Shown: one piece after another, positions 57,673 to 64,000 of the stretch | Position numbering within the stretch: the stretch's first letter is position 1 | Layout of the letters: each line of letters opens with the position of its first letter | IMG/VR virus record: IMGVR_UViG_3300031993_000032 | Strand: one strand, 5' to 3' | From: a virus | Lineage: Duplodnaviria; Heunggongvirae; Uroviricota; Caudoviricetes | DNA length: 64,000 bases | Made by a program: the position numbers and the translations under genes | The notes under the pieces: generated by a model | What the model was told of the DNA's origin: nothing | Databases searched by the model: none | Seen by the model: the letters and a program-made list of their open reading frames with translations, nothing else

Positions 57673-58155
57673 TCAGCTACTAGATACAATCTCCAAATTG
57701 CTAAGTTCGTTCTCGATACGCTTTCCATCAAATATACATTCATCACGATTTTCACGCAAGGCAAGTTCCTTCGCCAGCGTACGGATATTCACCATCTGCG
57801 CCTTCATGTCGAACAAGTCCGGAACCTTCTTATTATATGCGTTTTCGTAATCGGTGCACAGCTTGCCCATAAGGGGCCCGTAGATACATTCGATTGACCG
57901 CGTGTACTGCCGGTGAAGCTCGTCGATCTTCTTCTCGAATGCACGCAGCTGGGCAGCAATCTTGATATAGCCAACAACAGAATTTTCATCCATTGTGTAG
58001 TGAACTCTTGGAAGATCAATTTTCACATCGGACTGAATCTCGTTGTCCGGCGTATCGTCGTTATCAAACTTCATGTCAAGCGAAATCGACAACGGCGTAA
58101 TCTTCTTCCGCTTTGCAGCACGGATCAGCTGCAGCAAGTCATTGTCATTTCTCAT
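57673..58155 (-). CDS. hypothetical protein (160 aa)
   Basis: ORF track. AAAGGAAG RBS. ATGA coupling to the sigma gene. Confidence 0.55.
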   Translation of the reverse strand: MRNDNDLLQLIRAAKRKKITPLSISLDMKFDNDDTPDNEIQSDVKIDLPRVHYTMDENSVVGYIKIAAQLRAFEKKIDELHRQYTRSIECIYGPLMGKLCTDYENAYNKKVPDLFDMKAQMVNIRTLAKELALRENRDECIFDGKRIENELSNLEIVSSS

Positions 58156-58892
58156 ACAGCTTCCTTTCGCAGATATTTAGCCTCTGCGACCATATTTTCG
58201 TATTGAGGGCTCTTGCGGATGCGGTTTAATGCTGCGTTACGAATCTGGCGAACTCGTTCGTGGGAGACATTCATGTCAGAACCAACGCTACGCAATGTTA
58301 CCGAATCGTCGCCATATACGAACAGACGGTTAAGCACTTCACGCTCATTGTCGCTGACCATCGACAAGAAACGTTCAGTCAACTTAGCATTCTCGTCATT
58401 TGCGGTTCCTTCTTCGGTATCTTCTCCGCTACGCAGCAGATCGCCGATGGAACGCTTTCCATCCAGCTTCATGTCAGTGGACAGCATCGCTACCGAAGCC
58501 TTGGTCGTGTCCTTGGATTTCAAGATATTTTCCGGTCGATGAATCAGAAGGCTTGCGAATGACGCCTTCTTCATTTCATTCAGTGCCTTTGCGGAGAAGT
58601 ATGTATAAAATGCCGTGCCACGGCTCGGATCGAATTCCTTGACTGCCTTGGGCAATCCGAACACTGCGGAATTCACCAATTCGTCAATCGTCAGGTTGTA
58701 TGCACTCGTAGACAGCTGTTTTGCCATCTTGTACAAGAACGGAATGTACTTGTAGATCAGCCGGGTGGTGGCAGCACGGTCACCTTCCTTGGCACGTTGG
58801 ATGTAGATCATTTCCACATCACGGTTTGGTATAGCTTGAATTGAACGACGATATTCGTCTCTGAACCTGTTACGAAGAACGGTTGATGTCAT
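58152..58892 (-). CDS. phage-encoded sigma-70-family RNA polymerase sigma factor (regions 2 and 4 present)
   Basis: Region 2: RLIYKYIPFLYKMAK...NSAVFGLPKAVKEFDPSRGTAFYTYFSAKALNEM. Region 4.2: SHERVRQIRNAALNRIRK. AACAGGA RBS. Confidence 0.8.
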   Translation of the reverse strand: MTSTVLRNRFRDEYRRSIQAIPNRDVEMIYIQRAKEGDRAATTRLIYKYIPFLYKMAKQLSTSAYNLTIDELVNSAVFGLPKAVKEFDPSRGTAFYTYFSAKALNEMKKASFASLLIHRPENILKSKDTTKASVAMLSTDMKLDGKRSIGDLLRSGEDTEEGTANDENAKLTERFLSMVSDNEREVLNRLFVYGDDSVTLRSVGSDMNVSHERVRQIRNAALNRIRKSPQYENMVAEAKYLRKEAV

Positions 58893-58917
58893 GTGTGTCC
58901 TGTTTATGGTGTGTTGG

Positions 58918-59193
58918 TTAATAAGAAAACGTATGTTCCCGATAGCTGGCGGTGTGCTTTTTCTTCGCTCGGATACGGTCGATCAAGATCGATGCGGCGC
59001 ATGCAACCGAGTCGTCCGCTTCCTTTGGTTCGGCTGTCAGCATCAGCTGCGCTTGCAAGTTCTGCAATGCATGGAAGACGGCCTCGTCGATGGTCTCGTC
59101 ATTATTCTCATAATACTTGCCCAAGTCCAGCTCTGCGTAAACCGTGTCGCCGTCCTTTACCGTCAATTTTTCTTCCGAGTGAGTAATAACCAT
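58918..59193 (-). CDS. hypothetical protein adjacent to the sigma gene (anti-sigma or modulator candidate)
   Basis: ORF track. TAATG coupling. Confidence 0.5.
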   Translation of the reverse strand: MVITHSEEKLTVKDGDTVYAELDLGKYYENNDETIDEAVFHALQNLQAQLMLTAEPKEADDSVACAASILIDRIRAKKKHTASYREHTFSY

Positions 59194-59456
59194 TAGAACA
59201 TCGCCTTGTAGAATTCCGGATCGCTGAGTGAACTCTGTACATTGCCTTCAATACGACCAGTCAGAACAACCTTGTTCATCATGTCGTCGACGTACTTGGT
59301 TTCTTCTGCGGACAGATGGATAACGTCGCACTTGTATGCGACAAACATCACCAGCAGCTTGTCATTAGGGTACTCGGCAACGATTCCGATATTCGTAGCT
59401 ACGCCAAGCAGCTCCTCGGTAAACCGTTCCCAGATGTCATCAACCATTCCGTACAT
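59193..59456 (-). CDS. hypothetical protein (87 aa)
   Basis: ORF 59193..59504 trimmed to Met17 after an AAGGAAG RBS. Confidence 0.45.
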   Translation of the reverse strand: MYGMVDDIWERFTEELLGVATNIGIVAEYPNDKLLVMFVAYKCDVIHLSAEETKYVDDMMNKVVLTGRIEGNVQSSLSDPEFYKAMF

Positions 59457-59727
59457 TCGCTTCTTCCTTAGGATCGAGATTAGTATATTCGATGTCGGTA
59501 ACATATCCCGGTGACGAGATTCCGAACTTGTCCGGATCCAGCCAGAGATGCCATACCGATATTTTCAAGTGTTCGTTCCGTGTATGCAGCCGGTATATTA
59601 CCTTGTTCATCTTGTGAGTGCGGTCTCGCTGTCCACGACTCGGAACAAATCCTTTCGATATTAAGAACTTGTTTAGTAAGCTGAACGGCTTGTCCATGAA
59701 CATCATAACGGATTCTCGATTCGTCAT
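59440..59727 (-). CDS. hypothetical basic protein
   Basis: ORF track. AGAGGGA RBS. ATGA coupling. Confidence 0.5.
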   Translation of the reverse strand: MTNRESVMMFMDKPFSLLNKFLISKGFVPSRGQRDRTHKMNKVIYRLHTRNEHLKISVWHLWLDPDKFGISSPGYVTDIEYTNLDPKEEANVRNG

Positions 59728-59960
59728 AGTCCCTCTACTAGTAGGTATTGTTTGAGTGCTTTAAGAGTGTCGACGGCAGCCTTCTTCTCGTACTGCAGCG
59801 CATCGGTGACCTGAGCCTCCACGATTGTCTCGTAGTTCTCGTAGCCATCGTCAAGAGCAACCCGTTCGTCCCTCAAGTGGAGCGCACGACCGTCTTGTAT
59901 GCTTTTCGTAAGAATTTCGACTTGATTATCTATGGTTTTAATTAGACTTTCGTCAGACAT
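59724..59960 (-). CDS. hypothetical acidic protein, first gene of the sigma operon
   Basis: ATG 6 nt after the TATATT of promoter 59967-59995. The TTG start given by the ORF track is discarded. Confidence 0.5.
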   Translation of the reverse strand: MSDESLIKTIDNQVEILTKSIQDGRALHLRDERVALDDGYENYETIVEAQVTDALQYEKKAAVDTLKALKQYLLVEGL

Positions 59961-59966
59961 ATTCAA

Positions 59967-59995
59967 AATATAGCAATTAATTTACTTGTTTGTAA
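59967..59995 (-). promoter_or_regulatory. sigma-70-type promoter TTACAA-N17-TATATT, leaderless, driving the sigma-factor operon
   Basis: Read directly from the sequence. Confidence 0.55.
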
Positions 59996-60075
59996 CAGGT
60001 TTATTAAATTTTACATGCAAAAAGACGGCGGTCTTTCGACCACCGTCCCAGGACACAAACCAACAAAAAACTCGA

Positions 60076-60231
60076 TTATTCTTCTGGTTCCATTTCGACA
60101 CCAAACTTTTGTTCAGCGGATGCACGCTTGGCAGTAACAAGGCGCACGATGGTAAGTCCGATGGACAGAATACCGACAATCGCCAAGGCGATCACAGACT
60201 TTTCTTTAATATCGATAAGTTTTTCTTTCAT
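60076..60231 (-). CDS. small TM peptide (51 aa)
   Basis: ORF trimmed to Met20 after an AGAGGAA RBS. Promoter TTGCCA-N17-TATATT at 60250-60278. Terminator at 60030-60060. Confidence 0.45.
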   Translation of the reverse strand: MKEKLIDIKEKSVIALAIVGILSIGLTIVRLVTAKRASAEQKFGVEMEPEE

Positions 60232-60290
60232 GATGAATTCCTCTATGTTTGATATTGAGAATATAGCAATATATCCACCGCTTGGCAAGA

Positions 60291-60530
60291 CTATTTTTTC
60301 TCGTCTTCCAAGGCTGCCTTCATGAACTCTTCCGCAGTAGCGTCAAGGGCTGGATTCCTCAATGTCATTACAATGTCCTCGACCACACGTCCAATAATAG
60401 CCTCCATCTGCGTAGCCAAGAACACTTCTACTGGGTCGTTACTGTTATTCGCAATAATTCCCATACGATTCAAGGTGGCATTAACTTCATCAAATACAAT
60501 AGATTTCCTAAGTTCTTCTTTCTGAGCCAT
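60291..60530 (-). CDS. hypothetical protein
   Basis: ORF track. Confidence 0.45.
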   Translation of the reverse strand: MAQKEELRKSIVFDEVNATLNRMGIIANNSNDPVEVFLATQMEAIIGRVVEDIVMTLRNPALDATAEEFMKAALEDEKK

Positions 60531-60535
60531 AATTA

Positions 60536-60862
60536 CTACTTGCTCCTGTCATTCCAGCCAACCACGATCTTGCCAGTATCCCCTTCACGAGTGGCAAATG
60601 CGTTGTGATTGTGCATGGCCGACATAATCAGTTCATCATTATCCGTATACGACTGGATAATTTCAAGTGCGGAAAACTTGTCCATCAAGGTAAGCTCGGT
60701 ATCCATCGGAATATCAACCGTCTCGAACTTCCTTATACGGATAGATCCGTCCGGATGATATTCCGTATACGTGGCGGTGGACATGTCGAATTCATCTCGC
60801 CATGTGCTGGACACGCACATCTGGTACAGCATGTTGTCGACGGTAAATTTCGGCTTATCCAT
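60536..60862 (-). CDS. hypothetical protein
   Basis: ORF track. TAATG coupling. Confidence 0.5.
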   Translation of the reverse strand: MDKPKFTVDNMLYQMCVSSTWRDEFDMSTATYTEYHPDGSIRIRKFETVDIPMDTELTLMDKFSALEIIQSYTDNDELIMSAMHNHNAFATREGDTGKIVVGWNDRSK

Positions 60863-61200
60863 TATCCAACCATCGCCTTGTAAAGTTCAAACATCGCCAC
60901 CACGGTTCCGTCATCTGATTCGAATCTCACGAAATCGTCGTGACTAGTCAGTACAGCCCCAGTTACTTCTTTGTACTGGTCGGACATTCTGGAGACTGCG
61001 GCTTTCTTCGTCGGATGGTAAGTCGTAATGGACTTTACGACGGTCTGTCCGTCCTCTATCGTCCTAACTTTCGATTCAAGAACATACGTAGCCTTGCAAG
61101 CCTTGACGTGCGCCATTGTCTGGGCAATCTTATCTACAGACTTGCTGGCTTCCGCTAATTCTCGCTTGACTGAATCTTTATTTTTTGACATCGCTAACAT
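60862..61200 (-). CDS. hypothetical protein (start may be Met4 at 61191)
   Basis: ORF track. Confidence 0.45.
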   Translation of the reverse strand: MLAMSKNKDSVKRELAEASKSVDKIAQTMAHVKACKATYVLESKVRTIEDGQTVVKSITTYHPTKKAAVSRMSDQYKEVTGAVLTSHDDFVRFESDDGTVVAMFELYKAMVG

Positions 61201-61480
61201 CCGTTGGTTTAGGTGAAATCAGACCAATATCGGTCAACCACTTGACGTAATTGCCTTGGAACGGGGTCAATTCGCCGTCCTTCATAGCCTTTCTTACACA
61301 TTGACACAAAGTACACAACGATCGTTCAAGTTCAATTCCCCTGGCAAAATCCGGATCATAGTTCAATCCGTCCTCGACCGATGCCTTGGCGTCCATTGCG
61401 TCCTCAAAGGTAGCTGACATGATGGCACGCATGAGACCATGCATCGTAATCGAGTCTAATCTGTCTAATGGCATACTCAT
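61178..61480 (-). CDS. hypothetical protein
   Basis: ATG 7 nt after the TATATT of promoter 61488-61516 (TTGCCG-N17-TATATT). Confidence 0.5.
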   Translation of the reverse strand: MSMPLDRLDSITMHGLMRAIMSATFEDAMDAKASVEDGLNYDPDFARGIELERSLCTLCQCVRKAMKDGELTPFQGNYVKWLTDIGLISPKPTDVSDVKK

Positions 61481-61487
61481 GGCTCAA

Positions 61488-61516
61488 AATATAGTAAACA
61501 ATGCTTTAAACGGCAA
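61488..61516 (-). promoter_or_regulatory. sigma-70-type promoter TTGCCG-N17-TATATT, leaderless
   Basis: Read directly from the sequence. Confidence 0.55.
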
Positions 61517-61566
61517 CAATCAAGGAAAAAGTTATAAACTCCGTGTAAATCAGTCTGGTTGTTAAT

Positions 61567-63597
61567 ATGACTAATCAAGAGCGTTTTCACTGGTTCGATG
61601 TATACCTAGAATCAATCGAAGGACTAAGTCCGTCCATCAAGAAACCCATTTCTCAGCTCGCTCGCTGCGTGTTCGAGGCTGAAACCGGAATCGACGTAAG
61701 TAATGCCCCAGTCGACGTTGCTGACATTCTGGGAATTCAAAATGTAATTGATACTATCAGCGATAGCATCGACAACAAGAAACCGCTTCCAAAAGATATC
61801 GTACAGCAGATCAACGACCTTACGTACGCCATCGACAAGCTCCAAAACTCCAACGACTTGAAGAACTTGGATACGTCTGCGGCTAAGGCTGCCATCAACA
61901 CATTCGCAAATACGAAGCCGATGATCGATAACCTCAATCGAGAACTGGCTGACCTCAAGCGTCAATATAGTGGACTAAACCGCAACATGGATCCGCAGAA
62001 GCTCCGGGAATTGAGCGAACAAGTAGCTACCATCAACAATACGAAACGTATGCTTGATGCCATCGGCAAGCCGTATGACCAGCTCAAGTCACACTTGGAT
62101 ATGCTTGATCAAGCAATCAACAATGCCAAGCATGATGAACGCAATCTCAACTATCGTCAGCATGAGTTCGACCAGTTTGTAAAGAACAAGGAGATCGACG
62201 ATCAGCGTATGGCAAGTAAACGCCAAGCTGCGCGTGATAACGCCAGCCAGGAAAAGGCGGCATCGGCTAATGCAGAAAAGGATATCAATACTTCTGCAAC
62301 ACCAAAAGCCGATATTTCAAAATTGTTCACCAAGCCGGAAGAAAAACTGTCTCCACAAGAACAAGCTCTAGTAGACATGAAGACCGCCATTACCGATGCC
62401 GTTAGCGCAAATGGCACTGCAAGCATAACTGAATTCCTTCCTTCTATCGACGAGTTCTTGACCAACGTAAAGAATTGTAGCGCCGGTAATTACGCTGATA
62501 TGGATAATCTTGATCAGCAAGGTCAAGCAATCAAGACACAGCTGGCTACCTTTATTGATACATGTAAGAAATACTTAGGCGACCAAGACTTCCAAGATGT
62601 ACTGCATAACGTAACTACAGAACAGCTTCGTAACAGCATTACAGAACACGGAATCGATATTAACGAGGCCGAGGATATTAATGAAGAGCTCGGCGAGATA
62701 AATGGACAAATTGATGTTATCAATCAGTCCATAGCTGGTCACATGGGTCAACTCAATGCAATGAAACGTGCAGCTCACATCAATGAATTTAAAGATGGCG
62801 TCAATGCCGATGAATTCGCTACAGAAAATGAGGATCTACTGAATGCTCTACAAGTAGATAAAGATACTCTGCGCCAGTATCAAGTAGAGACTAATAACTT
62901 GAACAATATCTTGCATGCATTCGACACTATCAAGGTGATCATGTCTGGTTGTGACTGGCTTGACAATGTTGCCCACCCTACAATCAAGAAGTTCCAAGCC
63001 AAGCGTGAGGCTGACCGCAACAACTATCTGTCCTCTCTCAAGACGACGCCAGAAACATTTGTAACCGATCTCCAAGATCGCCTCAATGCAATCATCACGG
63101 CAACCGCAGCTCAATCGGACAATATCCGTAATATGTACAAGGCGATTATCGGACAGAACCGTGATGCAAATCTCGGCACAAAGATGACCGTCAAGCGCAA
63201 GATCCACGACTGGGGTCTTAAAGTTGATACTTCGTTGTTCGTAACCGACAAGAATACCGGTAATTTCTTGTTCCGTGGCGAAGGCGTGAACATTCCGATC
63301 CGTATCGCTTACGAAATGGCTACCAATGGAGTCACTTTGTCTGGTAACGGCAATACCGTCGATCTGAATGAGCATGCCTCCATCAAGAACGGCGAAGCAT
63401 TCTCGGAACACTGGAAAATCCAGTTTACCCAAACAGAAGCTACCAAGTCTAGCGCAGACGGTGTGTCGATTACTGCTTCGTTTGACTCAGCAATCAACCA
63501 AGAAACCGTTCTCATGACTCGTGCAAGCATTGACGACATTATTCAGAACGCTTTCTATCAAGTGCTCAAGCTGCTGCCGAACGTCAAGCAGATCTAA
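61567..63597 (+). CDS. large coiled-coil-rich hypothetical protein (676 aa); candidate virion, scaffold or tape-measure-like protein
   Basis: ORF track. No SD. Strong terminator at 63620-63650. Confidence 0.55.
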   Translation: MTNQERFHWFDVYLESIEGLSPSIKKPISQLARCVFEAETGIDVSNAPVDVADILGIQNVIDTISDSIDNKKPLPKDIVQQINDLTYAIDKLQNSNDLKNLDTSAAKAAINTFANTKPMIDNLNRELADLKRQYSGLNRNMDPQKLRELSEQVATINNTKRMLDAIGKPYDQLKSHLDMLDQAINNAKHDERNLNYRQHEFDQFVKNKEIDDQRMASKRQAARDNASQEKAASANAEKDINTSATPKADISKLFTKPEEKLSPQEQALVDMKTAITDAVSANGTASITEFLPSIDEFLTNVKNCSAGNYADMDNLDQQGQAIKTQLATFIDTCKKYLGDQDFQDVLHNVTTEQLRNSITEHGIDINEAEDINEELGEINGQIDVINQSIAGHMGQLNAMKRAAHINEFKDGVNADEFATENEDLLNALQVDKDTLRQYQVETNNLNNILHAFDTIKVIMSGCDWLDNVAHPTIKKFQAKREADRNNYLSSLKTTPETFVTDLQDRLNAIITATAAQSDNIRNMYKAIIGQNRDANLGTKMTVKRKIHDWGLKVDTSLFVTDKNTGNFLFRGEGVNIPIRIAYEMATNGVTLSGNGNTVDLNEHASIKNGEAFSEHWKIQFTQTEATKSSADGVSITASFDSAINQETVLMTRASIDDIIQNAFYQVLKLLPNVKQI

Positions 63598-63619
63598 TTG
63601 GGCATCTAATACGAAATTA

Positions 63620-63650
63620 AGCTCACTCATGCCAAATGAGTGAGTTTTCT
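63620..63650. terminator. terminator GCTCACTCATGCCAAATGAGTGAG + T-run (also the 3' end of the fourth tnpB element)
   Basis: Read directly from the sequence. Confidence 0.6.
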
Positions 63651-63671
63651 TTTTGGTGAACTACGCACCGC

Positions 63672-64000
63672 CTAAAGGCGGTGAGCTTCGCGTTGTGTAT
63701 CATTGTTTCCCGCGCCTTTAACCGCAGTCCCTGCGGCGATTAATCTTTTCCCTTCAGAAAGGATGTTGATGGCGGCATTGACGTCACGGTCGTGAGACGT
63801 GCCGCACTGCGGGCACGTCCACGACCTTATTTTCAAGTCCTTGGTCAACGAATTCTTGAACCCACAGCAGTGACATAGCTGAGACGAGGGGAACCATCGT
63901 CCGACGCGGACGATGGTTCTGCCGTACCATTCAGCCTTGTACTGTAGTTTGTTCAGGAACATCCTCCAGGCTGTGTCATGCTCGGACTTCGCGTGGTCGC
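63672..64000 (-). CDS. tnpB: TnpB C-terminal part (fourth tnpB; gene continues beyond the window)
   Basis: VRVGRWFPSSQLCHCCG...CPQCG...DRDVNAAINI motifs. Reading frame stays open to the window edge. Terminal hairpin CACCGCC-TAAAG-GCGGTG spans the stop. Confidence 0.7.
   Translation of the reverse strand, partial: DHAKSEHDTAWRMFLNKLQYKAEWYGRTIVRVGRWFPSSQLCHCCGFKNSLTKDLKIRSWTCPQCGTSHDRDVNAAINILSEGKRLIAAGTAVKGAGNNDTQREAHRL

Noticed and set aside
63672-63962. Treating the ORF-track start at 63962 as the true tnpB start
   Set aside because: The reading frame stays open, with typical tnpB sequence (AKSEHDTAWR), to the window edge. The gene is a 3' fragment of a longer ORF.

Overview
This window reads as a contiguous stretch of a large dsDNA phage, probably from a host that uses Shine-Dalgarno sites and sigma-70-type promoters. 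The evidence for the host is the CCAAGGAG ribosome-binding sites, the TTGACA-N17-TATATT promoters, the GC-stem/T-run terminators, the DnaA boxes and a SpoVG homolog. That combination rules out a Bacteroidetes host and suggests a Firmicutes-like one. Organisation is as follows. (1) 1-22.6 kb holds about 48 small, mostly acidic genes with no known function, all on the minus strand. Each gene is preceded by a highly stereotyped cassette of about 75 nt: GACTG, N15, a GACTG embedded in a co-varying hairpin, N20, TATACAA, CCAAGGAG, ATG. (2) 22.6-23.2 kb is a non-coding repeat/iteron region. (3) 23.2-28.8 kb is a GC-rich island on the plus strand. It carries eight paralogous proteins with an N-terminal membrane anchor and is split by an IS605-family tnpB element. 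(4) 28.8-40.7 kb is a minus-strand block. It contains a ParB-like nuclease-domain protein, two proteins that share a C-terminal domain, and an operon running tRNA nucleotidyltransferase (CCA-adding head domain), LemA, membrane protein, bactofilin-like, flotillin/SPFH. A separate HD-domain gene lies next to it. (5) 40.8-45.5 kb is an NAD salvage cluster of pncB, a minimal C5-methyltransferase-like gene and a nadD-like gene. A second, larger tnpB element is inserted next to a 5'-truncated pncA fragment. (6) 45.6-55.1 kb holds low-complexity large proteins, UDP-galactopyranose mutase, an Amidase_2 lysin, a Thg1-like tRNA-His guanylyltransferase and two large genes of unknown function. (7) 56.1-57.6 kb is a second copy of the first tnpB element. 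(8) 57.7-61.5 kb is an operon that includes a phage sigma-70-family sigma factor and is driven by a leaderless-type promoter. (9) 61.6-63.6 kb is a 676-aa coiled-coil protein, and a fourth tnpB, partial, sits at the window edge. About a dozen minus-strand promoters are TTGACA-N17-TATATT with the ATG 6-9 nt downstream, which predicts leaderless or near-leaderless mRNAs. No CRISPR array, integrase or clear virion structural genes were recognised in this window.
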